Shown: one piece after another, positions 1 through 12,151 of the stretch | Layout: every line of letters begins with the position of its first letter | Position numbering within the stretch: the first letter of the stretch is position 1 | Assembly (NCBI GenBank): GCA_021432655.1 | Contig: MU271434.1 | Coordinates: 1 to 64,000, forward strand | Source of the DNA: Atractiella rhizophila | Lineage: Eukaryota | Reading direction: 5' to 3' | Length of the DNA stretch: 64,000 nucleotides | Translations under genes and position numbers: made by a program | The notes under the pieces: generated by a model | The model's input: the letters and a program-made list of their open reading frames with translations, nothing else | Told to the model about the DNA's origin: nothing | Databases searched by the model: none

Positions 1-1234
1 ACAGGTCCATCATCTTTTGCATACCAAGCATTGGGATCGAGGGGATTGAGTCCTGTACTATTGAGGCTCATGAGACCTCTACAACATCATTTTAGGTCCA
101 CCTGCTATTTATGAGAAGGAGATTCTTACAGCGAATAGCAGGGATCCCAAGAACCGCAGGCTGAGTATATGAGGAAGGTCTTGTCCCCGTTGACGAGGAT
201 TTCGGGTCCTTCATTTACTTTTCAGGGGGAGGAGCGTCAGCTTTGCAGAATTCAGAGGAAAAAAGCAAAAGGGCACACCTCCATAGTCGTTAGGTGACCA
301 TTGCCAATCTTTCCTCGATCCATCGGGCCAGTAAGGAGAGTGGATCATGGTCCTCTCACCGATGAGCGTGCTAGGTGTTGAGAGCTGAGCGATGTACCTT
401 CCCAGAATTGTTAGTCAAACCTTTTGAGTAGAAAAGGTAGAAAGCGCACAAGTATTGGACCGTGCCGGTGTCCCTGCTTTCTTTCCCGCTCCAAATGAAA
501 TAATTCGCGAGGACTCCCTCATGATTCAGATAATTGATGAGCACCGTTCCCTTTCGGCAAGTTATCAGGACCACAGTTATGTTATTATGAGAAGTCTCAC
601 ATCGATAGCGTAGTTCTCGTCAGGCGTACCGACGACCCCCAAGTCTTCAAACGGCTTGGTAGGGTCATTCGCATCCGTCCCCTTCAGGACATGCATGCGA
701 TGATCAGCGTCGTCTGGTCCATCAGGGAGCGTGCAGTAGACGTAGAACTCTCCGTCGATGATGTGCAGTTCCGGAGCCTATCACGAATCTTCATCCGAGG
801 ACATATGATGAAAAGAAGGAATACGCACCCAGACTGGTGGGTTTGGAGGCATAAATAGTCGGATTGGGGGAGAGTCGAAACGATCAAGAGTTTCGGACAC
901 AAAGACCGAGACAGACCCATCTGCCCCATCCTGTGATGAGGAGCAGCGTATCAGGTTCTTGAATGCAGGCTCATACCTGGCATTGTTGGCATCAGGTAGT
1001 ACATGTTGTTGTATTCTAACATCCATGGATCCGCATAGTTCCCATCAAGAATCTGCTCTCCTACGCTCATTACTACAACTGGGAAGAGTAGAAGAAGCGA
1101 ACAGGATTGGTATAAGTTCCACTCTGCCTCTTCAACTCGTCCTTGAGCCAAGGAGCGCGATACGCCCTCTGCGCCTGAGCCGCGACCGAACAGAGCAGTG
1201 ACAGAACTGTTGCGTTCAAAATTGAGTTCTTCAT
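1..1234 (-). CDS. Secreted GH43 glycoside hydrolase (arabinofuranosidase/xylosidase-like), multi-exon, 3' end beyond window
   Basis: Spliced translation gives a signal peptide (MKNSILNATVLSLLCSVAAQA) and GH43 motifs ADPWM, W|APELH, AID|GTV, YFIWSG, NEGPEIL, FLIYSACGSW. Confidence 0.9.
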
Positions 1235-2050
1235 CGCTTTCCTTTGTATCTGGAGAGGTGGAGAGAAAAGAAAAGAGAACACACCAAAAGCGAAAGAGGG
1301 TGCCACTATAAGTCTTCAGCTTCCCCGCCAATGCAGAGGCATTCCACCAGGTGTGATATCGACCCCACTCGTCCTCTATCCTAGCCTCATCTGGCCAGGT
1401 CGTCAAATGTGTGATGTTCCCCCCACAGTTGCTTGTGCGTAGTCACCAGAAATGCGGAGTGGAAGTCGGAACTACGTCACGCATTACGATTGCTGCTGCT
1501 TCTTCTGTCTTCTTCATCATCGGTCGTCGAGACGTAGTTCTGGAAATACGAAGCGTGTTATCGACACATTTGGGATTACAGTAAAGTTAATATGTGCTGC
1601 GAAAGACTGGAAGCTGGATCGAACTGTCACTTCTTGATGCGGCAGAGGCCATGATCATCAAATAGCTGGAATCATGATGGGAGGTGAGCTCAAGGTGAGT
1701 TTCTTCACATTTACGCTGTGAAAGCAGGATCCGTTTGGTGTCTCGGCTGAGCGACATCTGAAAGAAAGAGATTTTAAGAGATGATCTGATTTACCGGTTT
1801 CAACATTTCAAACACAAACGGAAATTCAGCCTTGCATGTAGGGGCTCTTGTATGGGCAGTTGTACTTTTTACAACTGTCCCTGAGCAAAAGAACGGTCCT
1901 ATAGAACAAGAGACAATACTATTGCAATTTATCACTCTACCTCTCAACGTCATACTTGCTACTTCTTGGAGGAGCTCTTGTCAGCGTTGAGTGCTCAATG
2001 TACAATGCTTCCTACAATCTGTAAATCCTCCCCATTCTCCGTGATTTCTT

Positions 2051-3186
2051 GTGGTATCGATGGAGACCGCCATTTCGGGGTTACATTCTGTTGTCGTGGC
2101 TTGTCCCGAGAATGGGCTTTCCTTTCACGTTCTTAGCTTTATCTCGCCGGATAGTCCTCCCGAGAGTAGCGTTCGACCGATGGTCATGGCACGTTGGCCC
2201 TTCCAACTTCGGTATCCAAAATTCATCTGGTTTTCCAGGTCAGCATCAACGCTGATTTAATAAAATGGTGGAGGATGCCATCATGTTTACTTGTTCCTTC
2301 GAGGCGAGGGGCAGTCAATCGAAGAAGGGTGGATTAATGTCCCCCAAGCATTAACATTCACACGAACGTTCTGGACTGTGACGTACAAGCACTCGGATGT
2401 GAGGTTCTCTTTGATCTATGTATATGACACAAAGCATATCTACTTATATGTTGCGGTTCCTCCCAGATCTCTGTGCAAAGGAATTTATTGCCAATGGGAC
2501 AATATCACCTGTAAGAGCGCGGTTCAATCTCTCGGGATCGCGGAGCTGAATCAATGGACCTTAAAGCTGGGAGACCTCTTTCTTCCTCTCAGGTCGTAAC
2601 GCTGTATTGAGGTGCCAGTATCAGTTGCACTCCCTAAAGTATCATCATGGCTCACGTCTTCACCTCTCTCTTTGATTTGACGACCACTTCACCAAGTGGA
2701 GCAATTGCAACAGCTAGTGAGCCTTTTCATGGTTGAAGAATTGATTCTGATGATGTTCAAGCGTCTGAACCCGGGCTATGTCTCGACAAATTACATGTAG
2801 ATGCCTAACTCTCATATTCTTTCCTTTCTGACAGACAGGAGCCAGATATGAAACGTATGGCTACAAGTCCAATATCTGGGAGACGGCCGCGGCTTCCAGC
2901 GGTTTGACTTTGGTCTATCTTGCCGTCCTCGTACGTCTGTGTCCATTTGCCTTTGACGGTTCTCATGCTTGCAGGACTGCTGTAGGGCATTGTGGCTGCT
3001 ACTATCAGATATTTCTGGTTGAAGAGGAAAGCGGCCCAGAAACCACAGCTAAGAGAGCAGAACCTCCTGCCTTCGGTTGTCGTTCCCTCTCACTCGCATC
3101 GAGATTCGCTTCCTTCTTATCATACAAAGCCTGCTGAATTCGTGGCTGTTTCTGTCGTCGGTGGCCCAACAGTCGATATCGAGTAA
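2051..3186 (+). other. Possible degenerate or spliced gene ending in a TM helix and a basic tail
   Basis: Last segment reads as a hydrophobic stretch then IRYFWLKRKAAQK...DIE*; upstream exons could not be joined cleanly. Confidence 0.25.
2345..2530 (+). repeat. ~185-bp segment duplicated at 3929-4113
   Basis: Near-identical direct repeat (CAAGCATTAACATTCACACGAACG...GCGCGGTTCAATCT). Confidence 0.95.
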
Positions 3187-3528
3187 GCTGATCACTGCTG
3201 TTGCAGCGAGCTTCTACTGACACTGAGCTCTAGTGAGAAGAGAGCGCTCAACCCAGAAGCGGCTAGGTTAGGCATGATTTGAATTGGGGAACTTGTGGTT
3301 CCTCAGTCAGTTCGTTTTCGATGGTTCCCAAAGCGGCATGGACGCTCTTCCAAAATTTGGTCTGCGTGGCTGAATTACATTGCACATAAGTAACAAACGC
3401 TTTCGCAGTGTCCAGTCGAAGCACTTTGTTGCTGATTGTAATCCTCATTGTGCAATGTCATTACTTTTGGATTTATTCCTCTGCGTCTGGGATGGGGTTG
3501 TTAGAAAATGTTTGAGCGTGTAAATCAC

Positions 3529-3922
3529 TATGCTTACCGTATAATTCTAATGTGAAATATTGGTTTAATTCCCGTCCATCCCAACCCTATCCGTCTCTTG
3601 AAGGCATCTCATCGTCCCTCCATCTTCCTCCCACTCCATCTTCTGTTTCCCTCCTGTTCCTTCTAGCAACCCGTTCCAAACATACTTCGCAAGCCTCTTA
3701 TGCGCTTCGAGGGAGGGATGAAAGCAATCGACGTTGCTGAGTGGTTCAACTGGTACCAGATATTCCCATCGACGTTGTTTTTCAGTGAAAGGAAGAGAGA
3801 TATCGCACTCGGAAATGACACCCAGTCGAATTCTAATGGGTGATAAAGCACCGTAAAGTTGTCATACTTTGCCTGCTTGTACTCGAAAGCGATCCGAATT
3901 AGCGCCTCGTTCATTTCTTCAG
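3529..3922 (-). pseudogene. Duplicated 3' fragment of the phospholipase-B-like gene (source 18109-18502)
   Basis: 394 bp with about 9 mismatches by eye; keeps the last intron, the DCFHP exon and 3' flank; lacks the 5' part. Confidence 0.95.
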
Positions 3923-3928
3923 GTACCG

Positions 3929-4113
3929 CAAGTATTAACATTCACACGAACGTTCTGGACTGTGATGTACAAGCACTCGGATGTGAGGTTCTCTTTGATC
4001 TATGTATATGACACAAGCATAACTACTTATATGTTGCGGTTCCTCCCAGATCTCTGTGCAAAGGAATTTATTGCCAATGGGACAATATCACCTGTAAGAG
4101 CGCGGTTCAATCT
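3929..4113 (+). repeat. Second copy of 2345-2530, joined to the lipase fragment
   Basis: Direct alignment; 6 bp (GTACCG) separate it from the lipase-derived block. Confidence 0.95.
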
Positions 4114-4129
4114 GGAACTCGAACCAACA

Positions 4130-7100
4130 AAAGTCGACTGTCGAAGGCTATTGGATTTATATGAGTGCACTGAATCTGACTATTCATGCGTAACGTTTTC
4201 GTGTTACCTCCATACCTATCTACAATGATCTGTGAAATCCCAGGTTTATTTAGTCCGGGACGACTTCTCTTGTTAAAGGAAACCACCTTAAAAGAACTGG
4301 TGCAGGGGTTTAACACCTTCGGAACACGGTATAAAAACGCGTCGATTGGGTTAGAGTACAGTGAAGATACGGTGAAAAGGCCAAGTAAGTTCAAGGACGG
4401 GAGGACCAGGTCCCGTCTGAGTTGCCCGGCCGAGTAGTTGCGACGTTCATTTGTCTGACTATGAAAATAAAATCGTAATAACAAAAATGCCTCAAAAGCA
4501 GGCTGCAAGCAACTCGCCTAGGTGGAAAAATACCTCTAGAACAGAAACCAGCGACTTAACTCTAGGTTGATCAGTGCCAATGTCACTTCGTTACTATTAA
4601 CACGTAAAGTTGTCCCTCGTTACGCCGTATCTTCAACAGCCTAACCCCCGTACTAAGACCCAAACCTCTTTACCTTTCTGCTTTTTCAGTACACTACTTT
4701 AGCATTCTAAAAGCACTCGCTTTCTATAGGAACGCTCACTAAGACAAAGCCGAGAGTCTGGCAAAGAACGTGACGAAAGAAACGTGACATTCCTCAGAGC
4801 AGTCGAAATAACGTTACGCTTTCTATGTTGAGTGAGTTGTTTTAGGTGTCATACGGTAACCGAAAGCCATATACGCCCTGCGAGTCGCAGGACCCGTGAT
4901 ACCCTGACCACAGTCGTGATAGGAAAACCACCACTCCTCGGAATGACTCCTCTTCTACCAGACGGTCGACACTGGTGAACCATTCTCCCTTCGCTAGAAA
5001 AGGACCCATCCTAGCAGGCAAAGAGAAGGTAGCAAAGGAGTCTCTGAGAAGCAGAGTTGGTTTCGGCGAAGGGCTTCTTCTTCTCTCGCGGGATACCGTA
5101 CTTGCGAGTACTCTAACAGACACAAACTTCGAGATCAATATTTGTATGGTCTTGTTTCTCTATCTCTTGCCATTTACGCGGGCTATTACGTCGATATCTA
5201 CATCCTAGAACGACTATGTATATCGACATTTTCGACGACTGCCTCAATCTCGTACGGTAGTTTATCTATTCCTCTTATGGTACAAAGTCCTATTAGACAA
5301 GTCTTAGCTAAGTTGTCTACATAGACTTTCCTTTTCTTAGTGTACGTTCTACAACTGTGACTTCGCGAGCATCAGCCTAGCCGTATAAGAGGTTCCCTTC
5401 AGCATCCCAAGCAGTTTTGTCGTCTGTACCGCGAATTACGTTAGCAAATTCCTTCTCTCCACCGTCCAAGAGACCCCTCACTGGTTTCTTGTGTCAGAAA
5501 ATATAAGCGCCCCATCTCCTGTTGTTGAAGTTCCAAAGTAGGCGGAAAGGCTCTGCTGCGCGAGCTCTGCACGACTTTAGAGCACTGAAGGCAAAGAACA
5601 CTGAGAACATGGTAAGGAAGGCTTCGTTAGTACAGAACCACGGTCAACTCTTCAACTAACTCGTCATTTAGAGATTTTTAGTTCCATGCAAGACAATTAG
5701 AAACACTTGTTACTAAATGTGCCAGTTCGCAAAAAGGTTGCTCGGGTAGGGTCTACGTCTCCTTATTTACATTTTCATTACTGTAACGTGTTACCCCTAA
5801 TCTCCTAATGTTAGTCGTTGTTTCGCGGAGCTGCCTGTCACGCTTTGCACAAATAAGGAATACACGTTACTTTAAGCAATCGAAGTCGGCGCATCTGGCT
5901 TAAAACGTTCATCGCAGGTACGGCGAAACCCTTTGTAGCTTTTGCTTGACTGACTCCTTGAAACACCAAGGAGTCAAGTTTAGTACGGGTTGGATCGGCG
6001 AAGACCCAACTCACGAGAGAAGAGTGATCTTGAGCCGCAGTCGTCTTCGAGCGACGTTGTCGCTTCTAGTCGAGTGAGCTATAGCTGACAACCTGGCGGC
6101 TGCTGTCTTTGTCGGTGCTTAAGTCGTCCAAAACATACTATTCTTCCTTCGCTTAGAGCTACGCTCACTCTCCCTTGCTGTTGGCTTCCGTCCTACCAGA
6201 CGAGAGAATCGACACCAAAGACCCGACGAAAGGAGAAGTTGGTCTTTATAGAATACCATCGTCGGTGTTAGGGGATGTTGTCGGGACGTTCGTACTCTTG
6301 TCAGTTTCTGTCTACCTATGCCCGCATGCTCTTGCCGTTCTATCTGGTTTCACTTTCGCGACCTTTGACGTCGGCAGAGGGTCTATAACATGAACATCGG
6401 CTTGCAGAGTATGGACCGAGGCAGACAGTCTTTCGTTTCTTACACTCAACCCGTGTGCATGTGTAAACAGTTCTGTATCGGCCAGCGCTGACCACGTCCA
6501 CGAACTTGAAGTAGTCGTGTTTTAATAAGTTGATACTTTTCCGAGTGATCGACAGCGTTAACGAGGTGAACCACTTCACCAGCAGTTTAGTTTCTCTCTC
6601 CACTTCTGCACTCGGTACTACTATGAAATCCCTCACGTTGACTATGACCGTGTGGACTTATGTCGCAATGCTGGACTCTCCTTCCCTTTCTCCAGAGGGT
6701 CGAAAATTCCAGGTACCTAAGTCGAGGCGCTAGGGCTCTNNNNNNNNNNNNNNNNNNNNNNNNNCGAAAGCTTTCAAAGCAGACACAGTGAGAGCAGGCT
6801 AAGGTCGAGGTTCTTTGAGTAGAAAGGACATTGTGGATGGCGTTGGTTACTCACTTAGGTTCCAGTATTGCTTCTTCTTTTCGCATGGCTCGAATCGTCT
6901 CTGTCTAGGATCGAACATGGGTAAGAGGAACTGTTTGCTTCCCGACGCAACACCGAGCGAGCGGCAGTCTCGACGACCGAGAAGACGAAGGTAACGAACA
7001 CCAAGCCTTACCTCCTACTTCTCTGGCTCTGGTTATGGACGTTCAACTTTCCCATTCCAGGAACGTTGTCTTCTTTCTCTCCTGTACGATCCTGTGAGTC

Positions 7101-8090
7101 TCCCAACGCAACTCTGAAGACGCATGTAGCCACGCCAGTTCTGAGAGCAACTTGAGCCTTGACTACGTTCATTTGCAATCAGTCTAGTCTTGCTTCCCTC
7201 CTCTTCCGAATCATTGGTAAGCCGCTCCTGTTTCCCTCATGAGCTCTATGAACTAATCATACGGTTTGTTCACCTGATAGAGCGCAGCGACGACTCCGAA
7301 TACGAGAAGGTTCTCAACGGAAAGAGAAGCTTGAAGTTCTGGAAATCATCTCACTCCCTCCGCTCAAACTCACCAACAAGCGCAGCTTCCTCTTCGAGTG
7401 CGTTCTCTCTCCTCTCCTCCTTTGAACCTCTGCTTAAATCGAGCTGGAACAGGCCTGCTTGCTCCTCCACCTTCGCCTTTGCTGCCTCTGCCTCTTACTC
7501 ATTCTCCATCTCCCATCTCTCAAATCAGCTCGTTCTTCGTCGACTTGGCACGCCGTGCGAGTCGAAGGAACTTGCATACGATGGTTGGAGATGAAGAGGA
7601 GGAGCTTTGAAGAACCAAAGGTTTCAATTATCATCCATGCCAACTATTTCCATCTTCCTGTTTTGTCTCTTTGATTTGTACGGCCTTTGGCTCCTGCCAA
7701 TGTTTTCAGGTATCTTCTCTGTTGTTTCTCTCACATCTTAAAGAATGTTGAGCCCAATGGATTCAGCCAATGGACTCACCAGCATCATTTCGTTTACTCA
7801 CTCGAACCCACTTTCTTTAATATTTCTTGTTTATCTCCTTCCTTCTTTTCTCGACTCATCATAACCGACTCTCAACACTCTTTTAATCTTTTCCTGTTCA
7901 TTCTTGATCTCTCCTCATATCTGATGCGTTGGTCTGAATAATTCCCTGTTCCGAGCCTGAATTGTGTGATTCAGTCTGCTGCGTTGTTCTAAACATCTTT
8001 TCTCTGCTCTCTTCTGTTGTGCCTTGTTGATTTGTCCATCATCTGCCAAGTATTCTTATTGTCTCCATTGAATCAAACCAGATGTTGTTG
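4130..8090 (-). mobile_element. Decayed transposon-like or pseudogene relic, family unassigned
   Basis: Long minus-strand frames broken by scattered stops, a Cys-rich patch (CTRVEC..C..CSC), TpA excess, and an internal assembly gap; no diagnostic transposase or RT motif recognised; boundaries approximate. Confidence 0.4.
6740..6764. other. Assembly gap (25 N)
   Basis: Run of N. Confidence 1.
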
Positions 8091-8278
8091 TGTATTTACC
8101 ACACTATGCTCGCATCGAGTGTGCAAATTCTCGATATCATAAGATAAGAAAATCCAATGTTCATCTCCAAATAAAAGTAGCTAAGCCTCAGAGCATTAAA
8201 TCACTTCAGAATATTGCACGTTATCAATTGAAGTACATCAATACAATCACGAAAGACGAACATCCCCTTTTGAACTCA

Positions 8279-9623
8279 TCACTCCTCCGTGACAGCAACA
8301 TTGACACCATTCATCCTCCTAATATCCCTCAACTTCTTCAACGCCAACGCCTTCGCCCTAGGACTCAACGCGCACTTGTACGCCCCATTGTTGGTGGGAT
8401 CGTTGTAGCCTACAGCGAGCTCGAAGCATTCCCTGTCCTCACAGACGTCCAAGAGGTCGTCCAACTTGCATCGACACCTCTCCACGAGCGCGTCCAGGTC
8501 CACGTCCTCCTTTTCGATCAGGTTCAGGGTCGCGAAGAAGCGGGCGAGGTCGGACCGGTTCGTGAAATGCTCTTCTTGGAGTTCCACTGTTCGTCATCCA
8601 CGTATCCAGTTAGATTCTATTCAATCCAGCAAAGGGGAAACGGACTCAGCCTCTGTCTCTTCGCTGGTGGGGAACCCCCGTACCGTTGCTCGCGACCTTG
8701 TTTTTGAGGAGAGTCGACGAAAGGAGCAAACGGATGAGGAGGAGGGGAGACGCGTTCTACGGGACCGTCCACCTCCACTTCGGCCAACGCGGCTCCCAAG
8801 ACAGTTCTTGGAGAATGCGGATGGGAGTGCGAGTGAGAATGAGAGGACTCGACGTATTCGGCGAGGCCGGTGGGGATCTCTGTGCTGTGAGGATGAGGAT
8901 GAGGATGGTGTGGATGTGGATGCTGATGCGGATCATGCGAGCTAGGACCGGGTGGCAGAGGAATGGGAGGAGCAGCAAAATCAGTGACGGCCAAGAACTG
9001 CTGTTTCTCCGTCAGAACAAAGACCGAGGAGAGGAAAGATGAAGTGACGAACGGATGGCCCTACTGACGAAGCGTCCTGAGGGATTGTGGTCCTTGAATG
9101 GAATTGAAGGCAGTCGGCGGTGTGGGTGGAGGTGATGTTCGACACTTGCCACTGACCGTCCGACGACGAGCGCTTCATCTTGACCCCGAAATCGCACAAC
9201 ACTCTTTTGCTGTCCGCCCAACAAAACAAACCAAACAAAATCAAAAAAACACGTTAGCAACGTCGCAAAACGAACAAACATTTGGGAGGAATAGAGAAGT
9301 ACGCACTCATTAATCTTGGGTGCTTTCTGACGTCTATTGTATGGATGACATTCATCGCCATACCAACAATAGCCGCCTCTGTTGATGCCACCGATGATCT
9401 GAATATTGAGTCCCAGACTCTTACACCACTCCTGCAGGGCATTAGCGACCTCTTCCCTCGAGTACGTCCTCGCGGAATTGATAGGGAATCCGTGTGGCGT
9501 AGGGAGCACGGGTGGGGTCCTCTTCCTGCCTCCCGACGGAGGAGGCGAGTGGCGCGGGGAGCCCTCGAAGGATGGATAGACGGGGAGGTCATCAGCGCTG
9601 GGCTCCTCGTGCGCGTGCGACAT
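8279..9623 (-). CDS. FAR1/WRKY-GCM1-fold DNA-binding protein with His/Pro-rich linker
   Basis: Exons give ALQEWCKSLGLNI...ECHP...CDFGVKMKRSSSDGQWQVSNITSTH, resembling the C-x-F...W-x-V...H pattern; then a PH/SH-repeat region and a small helical C-terminal domain. Confidence 0.6.
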
Positions 9624-9782
9624 TCTGAGCGATGTGGTCGTTGGTCGTTGTTGGTCGTTTTTGGTCGCTCGCTCCTCCTCCGCTCAGCTCCGCCTTTTCA
9701 ACATTTTGAAACTTGACACTGTTCAAACGACCAGACGACTTCTTTTGACTCATTCGACTTCACTTCCATCGACTCTAGCAGC

Positions 9783-10164
9783 ATGTCTCTTTTCGGCCGC
9801 GGACCCTCTGCCGCTCCCCCAGCGGGCCAAACATCCGACGCCCTCCACGCAGCCCAAATGGAGGTCGAAATGGTCAGCGACCTCTTCAAAAGGCTGACGG
9901 AGACCTGTTGGACAAAGTGTATCGGGGCCTCTTCACGGTTCACCGGAGGGGATCTGGAGAAGGCGGAGGGAGTTTGTAATGACCGGTACGCTTTTTCTCC
10001 CGTTCCATTCATTGGGACGTCAGAGAGAGGATGTGTGGAATGAATGGAAGTGTTGACAACATGGTGTTCTTGTGCGGTGGTGAAGGTGTGTCGCCAAATG
10101 GTTCGCCGCCTCCGACCTCATAGGGCGAAAAATGCAAGAAGCGCAACCACCAGGCGGCCTCTAG
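9783..10164 (+). CDS. TIM10: Mitochondrial small Tim chaperone Tim10
   Basis: AAQMEVEMVSDLF..CWTKC..GDL..EGVCNDR|CVAKWF twin CX3C; intron 9986-10085. Confidence 0.92.
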
Positions 10165-10302
10165 ATATCCTCCAGCAGTCAGTGATGAGTTCGTCAGTCT
10201 TCCCTCATCCCAGCCTGTTCTCACTCGTATGTTGATCTAATGCTGCTCTCTACAGGTGCTTGGAAAAGTAGATTGATATATAATACAATGCGTAATTCCT
10301 CA

Positions 10303-11823
10303 TCACTCATCCGCCGTCCTCAATGTGACGAAAACATCCGTCCCGAGTCCCCAAACGCTCGCAATGTCCAGACTCCCTCCAAAATACCTCGCATACAATC
10401 TAGCGAGCGGCAGACTGTCCATTCGATGCATTAGTCACTTTCCAATTGGACCAAAAAATAGCCATAATGAGAATGCCTACCCATATCCCAACCCAGCAAT
10501 CGTCCCCAATCCAGTCTTCAACCCACTGCTCGTCAACCCACCAAACATATCCGCTCCACCTCCTGGCATGGAGACTGCAGCATATATATCGCTCTCCTCA
10601 GGCTCATCCGGGCCGTGTCGGACGGTGGTGAATGCGTAGTCGAACACGTCCTTTAGGTTCTTAGGGTTGATTCCCCCTCCTCGATCCCGGATGCGGATCG
10701 AGAGAAGGGAGGGCGACCGAGAAAGGGTTATGAGTATCGGGGGGAGGTCGGAGGAGAAGGAGCCGAGGACGCGATGCGTTTCTGTCGTGGCGCGAAAGGA
10801 ACTGGATCCCAACCCAAACTCCTTTTAGCATGCTTGCGGTTGAGAGACTGGAGATGAGTGAGACGCACTTTTTGAGGAGTTCAGTGAGGATGTATTCCAT
10901 CTGTTTCTCTCGTAAGCAGAAGTGAGGGAAGAAAGGATGGGCGAAGACAAACATGCATCCCGATGTATCCCACCCTCACATCTTTATCCCCATCCACCTC
11001 CCACTCTGGCGCAACCCCATACGTTCCCTCACAAAGCTCCTGTGTAAAGCGCGCACAATCATCAATCAACTTCTTCGGAGAAAGTTTCATGTCCAGTATT
11101 TTCGTCTGGTCCGTTTTAGAATGATTCGACTGGTGTCGGGAGGAAGAACTGAGGGAGAGGGAGAGATGTTGTTCTGCTATCAGGCGGATAGAGATTCTGT
11201 TCCGGATTGCGGAATCGAGGAAGGAGGAGATTTCTCCAGAGGGGAGGTAGCGCGCACATTCTTGGAAACCTCTACCGGCGTCAGCCTGTGGACGTAGTAA
11301 CAAGAAAGCGTGACATGGCTTACCCTTTGCGAGGACAGGAATATTACCGCCGTGCTCATCTACCAATCCATGGAGCTCTTTGACGAATTCTTCATTCTGC
11401 TCTAGTGATGTGATCGGTGGGAAGGATGAGAAGAAGGTGAACCCTTTTAGGTAGAGACTGTAGATCGAGGATAGGTGTGGGTTTGTCATGAGAAAGTGAG
11501 GGAGGGATTGATGTGCTTTCACCTAACCGCACAACAAGACCACCAACGGTGTGAGAATGAAATTTGCGAAGAGAGGAGACAAGACCGACCCGTCGAGCAC
11601 AACGATGCACCAGCTCCCTCCTCGTATACTCCGCGCTCTCGATGAGAGCCGCTTCCGAAAGAGGAGGTGGACCGTACCGCTGCAGGTCGCGCAAGGTAAC
11701 TACGAATGTCGTTGAGTTGTCGGCAAGACAGAAGGAGACCACTAACTGAGTGGAGGTCTGATTTGAAAAAACGTCGAGTGCTCCCCTAAGTCGGACGCGC
11801 GTGTGGGAGCGGTATGAAGACAT
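10303..11823 (-). CDS. Mitochondrial alpha-ketoacid dehydrogenase kinase (PDK/BCKDK family)
   Basis: RISIRLIAEQHL, ELLKN, IRDRGGGI, VFDYAFTT, IAGLGYG|LPLARLYARYFGGSL, GLGTDVFV. Confidence 0.92.
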
Positions 11824-12151
11824 CTCAGGGATCGTGCGTGCCTCCACATCGCTTTTGAGAGGTTTCAAGAATGGAACTGGAAACGTTACTGTAAGCCTTG
11901 GTATGCGACCACCGAAAGAGCAGATACTCACTTGACGATCGTCAAACAAAAACCAACAACAGCCTCAACTTTGAATCTAGTATGGTTTGGCGACTACTTT
12001 GAAGTCCAGGTGGACACCAGTAGAAACAGAGAGATTTTTATAGTGGCTTGTGAATGTGATCGAAGTCAGGAGAGGTCCAAAGGTTAAAGTTCACTAAATG
12101 AGTCCATTGTTTTTCCGCAGCACGACCCTCAATAAACCGTCGTCTGCCACA

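Noticed and set aside
951..1406. 151-aa ORF as a separate gene
   Set aside because: It runs through the GH43 promoter, intron and exon 2; not independent.
8090..9716. Plus-strand ORFs (205, 159 and 144 aa)
   Set aside because: Antisense shadows of the minus-strand gene.
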